Origin: Catajapyx aquilonaris
Lineage: Eukaryota
Reading direction: 5' to 3'
Assembly: GCA_000934665.2 (NCBI GenBank)
Contig: KZ538272.1
Span: 1 to 64,000 of the forward strand
Length of the DNA: 64,000 bases
Shown here: piece after piece, positions 26,252 through 39,600 of the stretch
How positions within the stretch are numbered: the stretch's first letter is position 1
Layout: each line of letters begins with the position of its first letter
Made by a program: the position numbers and the translations under genes
Notes under the pieces: model-generated
Database searches by the model: none
Told to the model about the DNA's origin: nothing
The model's input: only the letters and a program-made list of their open reading frames with translations

Positions 26252-26411
26252 TACTTTCAGTCCTATCAACATTTGCTATAACAATGATCACTGCCACAAA
26301 AATTATGTAAGTTCGAAACCACACATTAATTAGTATACCGGTGGTGGTTTCGGACTAATATTTTTTATTGTGGCAGTGATCATTGTTAATAGCAATATAG
26401 GACTGAAAGTA
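26252..26411. mobile_element. Fold-back MITE-like element (~160 bp)
   Basis: TACTTTCAGTCCTAT...TTGCTATAACAATGATCACTGCCACAA...GTTCGAAACCAC pairs with GTGGTTTCGGAC...TTGTGGCAGTGATCATTGTTAATAGCAATATAGGACTGAAAGTA; TA at both ends. Confidence 0.75.
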
Positions 26412-29400
26412 TATAGGCTGAAATAGTGTTCGTGCCAAATTCCAGCCATTTCAGTTATAGGCTATCACTTTTTTTTTTCGTGGCTCAAAAATGGGTGTAT
26501 GGTATGAATAACCCCTCCTGGCCTCGACTTTTGATTGGTTAACCTACGGGGGCCGCTTTTCAACCTATTTTCATCCGTCGCTGTTTGAATAGGCATTACG
26601 GTTATAGTCTTCCTTCTCAAATATTAACCGCGCTTTCGCCCTCAAAAATTCACCCCTCCCCCCCCTCTCTCTCCTCGTTGCATTTTTACAGCCGACGAAA
26701 TTTCGGACGCCTGGAGTTAGTTATGAATTGCAGAGTCCCCCCCCCCTCTATACTCTTACCCCTCCGTTTTTTTACGAGCCTGCCCGTATAAATGATTAAA
26801 CAGTTGGAACGTGTGGTTTTGCGGACAACACAGGGAAGGGCTGGCTTAAGTACACCACCTAAGGGAGCAGTGAAAGTACACAAGTACATATACACGGCCG
26901 AAGTACTGGAGAAGTAGTTGGTAAACATCAGCAACGTTGCCTCTCTTTTCATATGCAAATATGCGTCTTACTGTATGTATCTGGCGGAGTTGAGTGTATG
27001 TTTTTTTTTGCCTATTTCTGCAACTCAATGTGTAGGACTGGAAGGCTGCCCAAATAGCCCCCATTGAGTAAATGCTAAATCGGACTGATATTCACATTTC
27101 CATTACTGGAGGGCGCGGGTTAGGAGGCTGCGAGGATAAAATATGAATTTTAGGATTTTATCTGCCGGCCACTTTGCTTGGCCAAATGGAAATATATTCA
27201 GGATGAATAATCTGTAGGGCCAGGCATTTTTTTTTTAAAAAAAGAGGAAAACTACAGCTTGAGGTTCCGTACTGTTCGGTACGGTTTATTTGTTCAATTT
27301 GAACTATATTTCTATAGTTGGCCGCTTATTTTTTCCTGAGAATTTTACTTACAAGTTAGTCGAACTGATAACAATGCCAGAGGGAACTATTAACCTCATT
27401 TTTTTGCAGTCTCTGATCTGAATCTATTGCGCCCAGAAATGGTTTATCAAACATCATTATCAATGATTAATACAAGCAGTAATTTAACTTCTTATGATAT
27501 AATGTTAGTTCTTCAGGCTGGATTCTTATGAAACTTTCCAATATTAATTTACGACTTTCATGCTGATACGGATTGCAAGAATGACATCAAAGTGAATTTA
27601 CTGGAATTATAATTATACGCTCACCAAAATTGCAGTGTCTGCTTTGCAAAATTTGCAGATTATAACTATTGGCGTTATACATTTTTTCTCAGTGATGTAG
27701 CTGATGTACTCATTAATTGCGGGCTTTTTTTACCAACAATTGGGAGTAATCTTCCTAGAGACGTTTTACTAGGCCTACATTTTTTTAAACTATCCTAAAC
27801 GGCTGCCATATCAACCATGTCCAAACTGTGCTCCTCTCGTAATGACGTATCTAATCGCCCCATTTCGCAGTTCACCCGGCCCTTTTACTGCTCCGTATAA
27901 ATAAACCCTAGTCTCTCTCTTGAAGTTTTATACGGTCAGAGGCAATCATTTGTGTTATTAGAAGAGCGTGCTTGTGCTGGACTCTCTGGAAGTATTCCAG
28001 ACTAACTCTCTGGAGCGAAGCATCTGGAATGATTTACCCTCTTCCGCCTAATTCATTGTAACTCGCAGTAAATACACATCTGGAAAGTCTTGAGCTTTGA
28101 TGGCCTTTTACCGCAATTACCATTCGAGATGAATTTGCTCGCTCTAACCCCCCCACGCTTATGCCTCGAAGTTGGAAAGCGCGGCTTGGAAAAGAGGAAA
28201 AAGAGAAGGAAATTGAGGTGCTGCGTGAATAATCCCAGGGAAAAGGGGTGTTTCTGCGCCTTCGAAGAACATATCCAGGAATTTCTCCATCTTGCCATGC
28301 CATGTGCCAATAACTCGTGGGAAATAACCGGAAGGCCCCTGCTGGTAATTTATTTCCTGTAGAGACGTTGCTGCTGCTGCCGAGCTGAAACTTGGAAAAC
28401 CCCCGGTATCAAATGTCTACATTTCGTGAGCAAACTGAAAGGAAGGTATAAAAAAAAGCAAGGGCGGGAAATTCTGCTTCTCAGAGTTGACTTGCTCCAA
28501 GGAAACAATACAAAAAAAATAAGAAGGAAACCTTCCTTACCCCTGTGGGAGGTCCCACTTGGAGACAAGTTGTATCTTGTGTTTCGAGGAAAACGGAATT
28601 GGAGTTCAGATTGTCGAGTGCAACTGCGTGTCAGCGCGTGAATATTTTTCTTGCGGGGATTTTGGTAGGCCGCTTGATTTTTTTTTTTTTTTGGGGGGGG
28701 GGGTCATGTTATTTCTTTTCAAATGTTGGAAAGGTCGGGGCCCTGGAAGATAACAAGGTTTCTGTTCATTTCCCATCGGTGGGAGGAGGAAATTAAAGTT
28801 ATCGGGACAGGAAGCTCTTTCAGCGAATTTTCTTTTTACCTGCTTCCAATAATGCGGCCTGATATGCAAGGGTATTTCCGCATTAGTTGTCGACTTTTCG
28901 AGATAGGCCAATCATTTCTTTTAAAGCAAATTCCACACCTTGTAACATGCTTCAACAAAATGGACGGGAAGAGCATTCCTGCAAATTTGCTAACACCAAC
29001 CTGGGGTGTCATTTATCATCCCTAGCGGTTGACAAGGACGCGGGTGTAAAACACTCTCTCAAAAGCAAGCTCGTCCGCACAACAAGCGAAAACCTCAGTC
29101 GTTTCCTCATACTATTAAGGTAGCCCCACCTTTTCAACACCCCCTTTTTTATCCTCCAGAAAATTTATATCCCTGCAAATCAGCCTGCCCAAAGAAAGGA
29201 TGCCGTCACCAAGGCGACCGGCCATTGTCCTGACGTCATTTGTGACAGATGTGTCGCCACCTTGACTCTTTTATTCCTTGAAAAAAAGTGGGTGGGAGTG
29301 CGGGTTTCCACGTCCCCCCAAAAAAAGAAGAAAAAAAAGCAGGTAGGATTTCAATCTGAGCCCGGAGATGGAAACTGAGTCCATCCCCAGCCCCCGCAAT

Positions 29401-29837
29401 GAAGGTTCCTCTTTGGGAGATTTGCACATATAGATTTGGTCTTCAGATCCCAGGCCCCGAACTCCGGAGTGTAGGGAGAGAGAGTGAGAGAGAGAGAGGC
29501 CCCGGATACAAACTTTGTGCTGCGGGGAAAAGGGAAGCAATTTCCTTTTAGTCGGCGGTCTGCTAGAGAGAAGGCCTCGGCTCTCGTCTGATGAATGCCT
29601 CCGTTTACATACGTTCAGCACGCTGCGTTGGGAAAGGAGCTTGCCAGGGTAGAGATACCTGGAGCAGAAACTCCAGAAGGGACTGTTTGTTCTCAACGGG
29701 CTGACGACTACACTAGGCCCAGCTCGCTTTGCTTTATATAGGCCCATGTGCACACAGGCCTGGGATGTAGATTAGGACAGGGAACCCACGTGTCTGGGGC
29801 TTCGGATGAGGCTTATGTAAGGCTCAGGTCGGCCCCT

Positions 29838-29899
29838 ATAGGGCTAGGCCTAGTGGTGTCATGGACTAGGCATAGGGCTAGGCCTAGTCCATGCCACCA
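29838..29899. repeat. Combined tandem and inverted short repeat
   Basis: ATAGGGCTAGGCCTAGT occurs twice (29838, 29872). An 18-bp stem TGGTGTCATGGACTAGGC / GCCTAGTCCATGCCACCA (29854-29871 with 29882-29899) has one mismatch. Confidence 0.8.
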
Positions 29900-32800
29900 T
29901 GTATCAGGCTGATGAGCACCATTTTAGTGCATGGTCCTAATTCAGAGTCCATTGGTAATGAGGAATCGGCTGTGCATTAGTAGCTTGGCAAAGCGGATAT
30001 TCAGGAAGAGGAACCTGGCTCGGTTGCAAAGGAAACAGAATGTGCGATACTAAATCCGGATGCAAAACCTGCTGCATGGTAGTTGAGCCAGCTGTGTGAT
30101 TCTGGCACAGGCTTGTGCAGTTTTGGACCTCTCCACAGCTAGGCCCTCCAAACTGTACCGGATACTTTCGCAAGATCTCGCAGAATTCCCCCCCCCCCCT
30201 CCNNNNNNNNNCCCCCCCCCCAGCCCCCCTCTCTCTCCCAGCTTCCAAAGTCATTTCGGACTCAATAAAACAATAGCCGGTATCGATATCGCGGGCATAA
30301 ACAGCCGGATGCGGAGGAGGGGAAAGCCTCGTTTGCATTTCCCAATGCCAGACCCTCTGTATGCCGTATCTGTTAATATCCGAGGGAGAGGCTTGCATGG
30401 ACTGGATTCATTCCCTGTGATGAAAATGAAGTCATTAGTGGAGGAGGGGGGAGGACTGCTGGTTGGGGAGGGGAGGGCTGAAAAACAAATAGCAAATATC
30501 GCGTGCATCTGGACGCAATTTCTTAATTAAAAGGTGGACGGCACCGGTTTGTGTAAACATAGTCTCTCGAGCACTAGATCATTAACTTGGCTCTCCAAGG
30601 CTAGGGACTCAGAAAGTACCTGTTTCCGTGATGCTACTCTTCAATTTATTTTCGAGTGGTTTCAATTTTATGCTATTAAAAGTGAGCATCTTGATCTTAT
30701 TCGGATGAAATGTTCTTTCAAATAAGTAACGAGCAATTTGCAGTCTTGTCCGTCAATTTAAATGAACACGTATAGAAAATTCATATAAATTTTCAGTAAA
30801 GATTTCTTTGCAATTAAGAACAACGTGAGCAAAAATTTGAATAAAATGAGATTAACACATCATTAAAATTATAAAAATTAAAGAAAAAGAAAGTCAGACT
30901 GAACACTCTTCATGTGAAGGTATTGTTGCCAATAATATTATGGCCGACTCAATTTTTTTTAAGAAACAACGAAGAAAATTAATAAAGAGCTTATTAAAAA
31001 TAAAATCAATGGAAAAATGTCAATCACATTGTTTGGATCAATTGACAGGAAATTCACGTAAAAATAGTATTCCCCATGTATAAATAGTGAAAGCTGCTAT
31101 TATTGAGAGGAATAACGCTCAAAATAATTGAGACCTGTTTACAGAATGCAGAAAAATCTGTGTAAGTATGCGCCATTAAACAACATTTTTCATGGCGGGT
31201 TACTGAGGATTAAGGGGTTTATGAGCAAAAATTAAAATGTTGTGTAGTCCAGTCTGCTAATTTAAGGGCGCTTAATCAAGGGGAAGCATTTCATCCGGAG
31301 TAACACGTGTTTTTAACGGCTTGAACTTNNNNNNNCCCCCCCCCCCCTGCTGCTGGCCGGACGGAGAAATTTAAGACTGTGAACTTTTTTAAGGCAGTTC
31401 GCATAAAACAGGTGGTACTAAATGCGATTTCCTGGGCTGTTATAAAATATGCAGCATATACACGCTTTTGCAGTTAGTAACGCGAGCAGTTCGCATTAAT
31501 TTTTGAAATACGTAATATACGTATCAGGTGACTACATGTGATACAGTCGCAAGCGGAAAGTATGTATTTGGACCAACAATTTTACCTCACTCTTTCGTAG
31601 AATTTCGCACATTGCGTAGGGTATTACGTACGTAACGGATTCACCGTAAATGAGTGGTGCGGTTGAAAAACATGATAACCCTCAACAGTGTAATTTTTCA
31701 GGAGAGCGAATTGAAGTTCGCACGCTCTTCATCAATCATAATTATGGAATGCTTGTTTTTATCTAGTCCGTGTGGCCCTCTTGTGCATGATACGTCAACT
31801 TGGAGTATACCAAACTGTTTGTCATGTCCTATTTTGCATATAGTTGCTATAGGTGTTCAGGTCAAAATGACCCCTCAAATTTGGTGGCATATGTTCACTC
31901 CGAGAAAGGATGGCACCTCTATAAAAAATACTTTGCATGAACAACCCTTTTCCTTCCCTCCAAAAAAATAATGAAACCCTAGGTCGGGATGAATGATAGG
32001 ATAATCTGTGGATAGGTTAATAAAGCAGCCCTTTGACCCCACATATTATCCCAACGCCTATTTCCCTCGACCTCTCCGGGCCATAAATTGCCATCCTCAC
32101 TCTCCTCCGGTACACTATACTGCGTGTAGGTAAAGCCATCTCTTTCGGTGCATCGATCCGAAGCTCTTCTGCGAGAGGAGGTAAAGGGGAGAGGGGGAGG
32201 ATTTTCGGCGAAAGGAGCTCCCCGTGGTCTCCATAGGGCCCTTCCAATCCTCTAAGAGCATGTTTTACTGACCGTAGCTCCAGTTATGAAATTCGCTTAG
32301 CCGACATGATAGCCTGCTGGTTGGGTCTCGCAGGCCCCTTCCGGCGGTATCATCCGAGTGATGGACGATAAGTCGCCATGACACCTACCCCCGCAGCGGT
32401 GGCGGGCTCCGACGGACAATGCGGGAAACTAATGGGATGGAGTGAGAGCCCTTAGTAATTGGAGTGGAGTAATAAGATTGCTGGGGAAGTCCGCCGCCTG
32501 TGCCTGTCCTCACTTGACCAGGAAGCCTCGTCGAGTTATATCAAGTTGTTATCCTAACGGATGGAGGGCACGGGACAGCAGGGTGTGTCTAAAAGCTTGC
32601 GAAATTTTGACAATTTCTTGGTAATATTCGCATCATTGCAACTCCCAGATAAATCAACCTGATAGTGGCGCAATGGAGAGGTCACTTCAAGAACTTTTTT
32701 TTCACTCTCCTCCACTTCATCCAGCAAGCCAGCAGATTCCATTAACTGAAATGGTCGAGCATTGGGCTCCGATCATGATGCCGGCGCTATCTGCGTGATT

Positions 32801-35550
32801 ACAGCAGGTCCTCTTACCTATATATGCTCTCTGGCTGGAAAGGTTGAGGGCAGCAAGCGGCGGGGAAACTTGCTCCCAATAGCCATCTTGATGGCTCTAT
32901 CGCGCAGGACAAGATGGCATGCAATTTCCTCCAGCATCTGTTCTCCCTTCCGCGCCATTTGCTAAGCAATAATTATTTCTGCCAAGCTCTACCCGGTTCA
33001 ATTCACATCCACCCGGAATATTCGGAGCTTCACTTAGCGAGACTGCAGGAAATTGGTGGTCTGAAACCCACGATTCTCTCAGCCGTGTTCAAAAAAGAAT
33101 ACGTGAACACAGACACACACACATACATTTTGTAAAAAAAATGGACTTGCGTTTTGCGAATATAACACCTGATTAGCCGGCTTCGAAATGGATCGATTTT
33201 TCATCGTAACAGCAGGATGGATGCCCTTCATCACCATTTAGCTTATCAGTGCAGAATGAATTGGGCCGTAAAATTTTTCCCAGATAATGGCAGATTATTT
33301 CTCAGAGGATATCTTCAATTAACCGCATGCAGGAAATATGATCGATTTTTTTTTGAAGTGAGTCCGACCATATACAGCAGAATGTTCCACATCGTAGTTT
33401 TAGACCTGGCCAACATTTTCGCACACGATTAATATAGCCCAAGCATCCTCATGAATATTTTAACGCGGCGGTAATTTGAAATGCGGGGCCTGCACTAAAA
33501 TTGTTACCCAGTGACTTTCAACGTTGAGCTAGTGCTCTCCAGGACTCACGGGCGTAAAAATGAGGCGGAAATGTTGCTGGAAAAAAGGGAGGATAAGACA
33601 CTATTTTACACCGGGAGGATTTTATTGCGGGTGTATATCAACCGGTACACGACTCCAAATTAGTTTTAAAGCTCATGATCGTAAGGCATGTCGAAAAAAA
33701 AAGCTGGAAGGACTGATCGGCCCACATTTTTTCGCCCTTTTTTATTGGAAAGGTGGGAGGTATTAACACAATTTTGAACTCGGGAAATTTTTAAAGGTAG
33801 ACAAGGCTCAAGCCCTACTTTCAGGTGGGTTAAAAATGCAAAATGGACTGTAATTTTCGATTACTAAAACCGTGCACAAAGGAGGATATGTGCCAGTGTA
33901 ACCTCCTTTCTTCCAATTGAATGGTCGTCTTAACAGGCAACGAATCCATAGGATGAGCTTTGTTGCCCAAATTGGTCTTTTCCCCTCTCAGAATGACGTC
34001 CTTCTATTTCAGTCTGAACCTCCGATTCAGCAGTTCTTGAAGATGCTTCGGGAAGAAAACCCCCGACCATATTATTCCGACCCTGGAAATTTTTTTAAAA
34101 GAAGGTTGAACCGGGGGGGCTTCAGTTCCTGTAATTTTTTAAAAGTACGAGCTGCCGAACTTTGCCATGTGTACTTTTCCGTACTTTGCAACAACCTGCA
34201 TTAATGAAGGCCTTTCGCCCAAAACTTTTCCTTTTCCCCCTCTTCCAAAAAAAAACTAATATGAGAGACAGTAAATTTTGCAGGCTAGCCATATATACCC
34301 CCTCCTGAAACTTGTTATGGTATCAGGTTGGGGGGTGAAAAAATGGCATGCCAATCCTAAAGAAAAACTCGGGGCAGAAAACTCTGGCCCCATAAATACG
34401 AGTCTTTTTGCCCAGAAAAGTCTCCCTCCGTCTCGGCAGTTATTGCAGGTGGAGGCTGAGACAAGCATGAATTGTGCGCGTCGTAAATCATGTTGGAAAT
34501 TATGTGGGGAAGAAAATTGGGTTGATTCCGGGGCAAGGCTTCAGAGCCTGTAAAAGTTGGCCTGACCTGTATAACTATTAGTTTTTTTTAATCACGATTT
34601 TGCTGGCTTCTACATGACGTTGGGTGTGGCTTTATCAAAAACGATATCTTGAAAAACACGCAGGCGTGTGCTTTGCGAAGATAGACCAAAAAACGTGACA
34701 ATGACTATTTACACTCCGGTGCAAAACCGCGATAGGTGGAAATAAAAAGACAGCAGACCGACTGTATCATCCTCCCTGTTTACGTGATACGGTTACGAGC
34801 ACATTAGTTCTCTGTGTGGGGGGTTGTTCAGATAACCGTCATTTTCGTGCCCCCCTCCCGGCACACCACTCAGATAAGCTTAATGGCATCATGAGTAGGT
34901 ACACAGACCCCACATACACACACACACACAAAATCGCATGTTAGTTTTGTAGAGGCAACAGTTATTTATTCCATTAGCACTTTGGCCAGTGCTGCAGGCG
35001 GGCCTGGCGGTAATGATATGCTGGAAAATAATTAGCACGTTGTATGATGCAAAAAAAAAATGGTTTGAGGGACGATGAACCAGACAGCGTGACATCAAGC
35101 TTCGGAAGGGCTTAAGTTAGTTTGCGTCGTCCAGAGGACAGGATTTTGAACTCCTGACAAGTTGTCAGAGTACGTTGAAACGATCATTCCTTTTCAAAGA
35201 CTTGGGGCTGCTGCAAATTGTAACCGCAATTTGCCGAAATGATAAAACTGGTGCGAAATCGTGCTCTGACTGTCCAATCGGGCCAGAGGAAAGGCTTCAT
35301 GCAAATCATTATGATCCTGCACAATACTCATCATTTTAGTATGCGTGCTCATGAACTCATCCGGCCGGAAGCAATTGCTATTTAAAAGAAAACTATAGTA
35401 GCGGCCTCGTTGCCTCTGCACACTGCTGCTGCTCTCAGTGGGAAAGTAGTACTACATGCACGTTGGTGATGAGTCACAGCGCGGACAAAGCTATAACCAG
35501 CACGTGTCTCGCCTCCATTGAAGTGAGTCCCACCAGGGAGCATATACTAC

Positions 35551-35878
35551 ATAAGAGGCACAAACTTCTGTCGGCGCCTTTGATGTTCGTGTCTCTCTGT
35601 TTGGGGCCATTGCCAAGGCTGGCGGCCATTTTGAAGTGTGGGGAACGCCAACGAGGTATAAATAGGGTACAGGCAAAAATATGGTCCGTCATCTTTGGTG
35701 GTTTTGGCGGCCATGCCAACTACATGGCAAGAACACGCACGAATCAAAGATGGCGGACCCCATTTTTGCCTGTACCCTATTTATACCTCGTTGGCGTTCC
35801 CCACACTTCAAAATGGCCGCCAGCCTTGGCAACGCCCCAAACAGAGAGACGCGGAAATCGAATGTTTGCGCCTCTTGT
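35551..35878. mobile_element. Fold-back (long inverted repeat) MITE-like element
   Basis: Arms 35591-35697 and 35745-35850 are near-perfect reverse complements (~106 bp), with degenerate pairing extending to about 35551 and 35878. Opposite-strand ORF translations in the track share peptides (PVPYLYLVGVPHTSKWPPALA) for this reason. No transposase. Confidence 0.8.
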
Positions 35879-36645
35879 CCCACCCTCTCTGACCACTATA
35901 TGGCCTCTAATTGTTCAACGCGGAAAATGAAAACTATGGCGATGAGTCAACACGGCAGACGGAGAGAATAAGGGGATTAGTAATAATATGATGCTTTAAA
36001 AACGTCAATTTACCTTTGAGTAACATTGCGTTTAATACCAGGCTGATTCCTTCCGTTTCTCTTGTATCCCTCTCCAAACAGAATATTTTCCTTTCTAAAA
36101 ACTGCAAACATTTGCTATTACTCTCCGAGACAAAAACAGGCAAGAAATTCGATCGTGCTGTCACCATAGTGACAATTCAGATAAGAGCATACCCAGCAAA
36201 AATAAAAAAATAAAAAAATTTGACAGACTCCCCCAGTCGGAAGCGAAAGTGGGAACTAGGTGAACATCGCATTTTGTCCGACAACGACGCGACAGCCTGC
36301 ATTAATGAGATCACCTCAATTGCGCTTTTACCCAAACCCTGTCCCCCACCCATCCCGATCTTATCAGTGGGAATGAAAAGCCTGCTCGCATGCATGGATT
36401 ACGTTCGCTTGCTGCTGGCCTGGGGGATATATATGTGACTGAGGTCACAGTGCGGAAAGCATGCAGGCTCTGATATGCTGGGGTGGAGAGGGAGGGGGGG
36501 ATGATAGATTCTGTCGGCTTCAAGGACCTGTGTTTTTTTTGGGAGCCTGGGAACTACATTGTGCCGGACCTGATTTCATTATCCACCTGTGTCCCAGCCG
36601 CCTGGTAGTCCCCCCAAAAGAGAACATGTTGTAATCGCATGGTTG

Positions 36646-36648
<3 letters not shown>

Positions 36649-36679
<31 letters not shown>
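36649..36679. repeat. (CA)15 microsatellite
   Basis: Direct reading of the sequence. Confidence 0.95.
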
Positions 36680-36681
<2 letters not shown>

Positions 36682-39600
36682 TGCTCAATTTTGATTCGGG
36701 AGCCCTGACGGATATAGGCGTTTCATTTTAAAAGTTCTGCACGTTATGCTTCCTGGAGGCTCATAAAACGACGGATTCCATGGGAAACGAGCTGGGTTTT
36801 ACACCCTCCGATAGTGATAATCGCGGGGACAAAGAGCAGCGGGAGACAAACGGCTGTAATTAAAATAATTAGATTTGGTGGTGTGAGGAGGGAGGAGAAA
36901 CAGCTCGAGATGATTACAGTGTAAGACAGCCACGCAGGCGGCAGTAATGCGGCGGTAAGTCCCTTATAAATACTACGTGCGTGTCGCATTTTGGTATTTG
37001 CATCTAGCTCCTCTCTGCGTTCAAGCACGTTTAGGAACTTGGGGGAGGGGGAGAGGACATAACTCTGGATTTATTTTCGCAATCGTCGCTGTCTCCTTGG
37101 CTATCACCGCACTTTTTAAGGGGATCATCCGAGTCCCCCAGGCCGTTATCACAGGGATTAAGCTTGTTTTCGAAGGAAAGGAGGAATGTTAGGACCGGGT
37201 TCAAGTCGATGTTGATGAGAAAGGTTGGACTTAGCAGTGTTTTGAGGATTTTCATTTGGTAGCGAAACTTTTTCAGGGCTGATTATTTGAAGAGCACTTA
37301 TTAAATTGTAACCTGCATATTATGACATCTTTAGACATCCTAACGCAAAGAGAGTGATTAAATTCAGAGAGTTATGCGCCACTAAAAAAGAAGCGAGGGT
37401 GTAACCAAAATGAATGCCTGTAATTTAGGCAACCTGTTAATCAGAAGAGGCTGATGGGTTGCATTGAATAGTAAGGATAAACCAAACTGCAGTCCCTTTT
37501 AACAGGCAACGATTCAAGTGTAATATTCATCATACCTCCTCTAGGATTAGTGCTTAGTAAAAGTTTTTCATAATAATTTGAAGCCTATTGTTACCGAGTT
37601 CAATTGCCTTCCCAGCGATTCAAATTCATATAAAAACACAGTTACGTACAGTCCAAAATGAACGAAAGGTTCTCCAGCCAAGCGTATAGCAAAAGCTCGG
37701 CGGTGAGAGAGGCAGAAAACAACACCGCTGCTAAATCCCTCTTTGTTACTACCTTTTTGAAGTACCGAGCTTTAGAATAATAATACCCGGGTACTTGAAA
37801 GCACGTCTTTACGTGCACGGAAACAGGAGGTAAAAAAATAACTAAAGCCGGATTCATTTTTTTCCGGCACCAAACTTGGGTTATGAGCATGTCAGCACTT
37901 CAAAGAACGCAAACAGCCAGGCCTACTGTATATAATATTATAACTCAAGATGTCGCGTTTCTGGATTGTTATTATTATCGGTTTGTAAACAGTAAGGTGC
38001 AAGATTCGCACACTTCCTTCAGATCCACACTGCACGTAGTCAACTCCTGGAAAGCTCGACTTTCATCAAGAAGCCTGGACACAGCCCTCCACAAAAAAAG
38101 AAGGATGAGAGAAAAGGGGGTCGGAAGGACCCTGGGAGGGAAGAGCTGCCTTACATGAAGCCACCGGGTTTTACTTGGATGTTAGGCGTGTCAGGTCTCA
38201 AGCACCGGCCTGAAATATTAGCCAATAGGAATGGAACCAGACTGGTGGGGATTACGTACGCGGGGGTCTGCTACTCGGCGCTATATTAGGTCGGACGTAT
38301 ACATGTCGAGGAGGGTTGGATGGGCTGGAAAGAGAGAAAATGGAACCGGAGCATCAGGCGTACCCTATATCCCAAGGAATATTGCGGTTGTTAACCCAAG
38401 GGGTCTTATATTATAGGGACATGGGATGTGCCCAGATGGACATCCGGCAATGTGAGTTAGCAGTAACTGATGCAACTCTGAAAAAAAAACATTATTTGAA
38501 ATAACCGGACCGGAAGACGCCCAAAATGTAACAAAACTGGTTCATTTCGCATCTTATTCCCTATTGGTAAACTGTAAAGTGCTAGAGTAAAAGCCACTCG
38601 ATTAGTACTACATAAAATCCTGCAACACCTGAGTGCAAAAGAGGCTTTAATGTCGCCTCAAAATCTGCATTTATGTTATAAAATGTTAAGCTCCACGAAA
38701 TGGACTGCTCAGACAGCTTGAAATATCTGTAGAGTAGGCCCCCCATATTTTATTTATGCCCCTTGCTTAAATTTTAACTCGCCTTAGACGTCACAGCGCA
38801 CTGTATAAATCCTGTGGCGGAAATAAACTACCGGGGAAAAAAGTTTTGCAATGTTTTTTCCAAGCTCTGAAACTAAAACTCTGCAACTTAATTTTATAAT
38901 TTCCATCATATTCAGCCTGGAGAAATGTTGCTGTGTACAGGTCTAGTACATAATATTTTTCGATTGTACTTATGGCAGGCAGTTTTTACCCCTTTTTTGT
39001 CACAATCCGTTAAGCAATAATTGAGGCGTTTGAGATCATAAAAAGCCTATAGTCTACTTGAAAAAAAATGGTCGTAAAATAAGCAAAAACTGGTACACTC
39101 TTGAAACAATTTATGTCCATATGTTGCCTCAGCTCAGCTATACATACCAAAATGTGCAATTAATACATAATTACATAAAAATACATAATTGCGACACGTA
39201 TTTTCGTTAGACCCCCCCCCCCCCNCAGTCAGACCCCTCAATTGTAATTTTGTTCACGAAATATTCGGGTTTAAAGTTTTAAAAATTGAATAATCCCTTC
39301 TGTGTATTTATACTGTAATGCAGCATGCTACATACTCTCTCTTGTCCTGCTATTTTCGCCGCCACCTGGACAAAACTGGGTCATTTTTTTCGCGAGAATA
39401 ACCCCTCCCGCGTGTCGCACTAATCCGCACGACCTCCTGACCCTTCCGCCATTAAACGACCGCACAAGAACAAAAGTGTGTTTGTTATATATATATTTTT
39501 TCCCAACCCCACAGAGCCACAGCTAGGGTCCAAACACCAGCAGGAAAGATATCCCCATGGGGCTTTGAGCGTGATGAATTCCGGAGCACGACTCCTCTCT

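Noticed and set aside
35463..35971. Overlapping ORFs on both strands with identical peptide stretches
   Set aside because: Artefact of the inverted repeat at 35551-35878, not duplicated genes.
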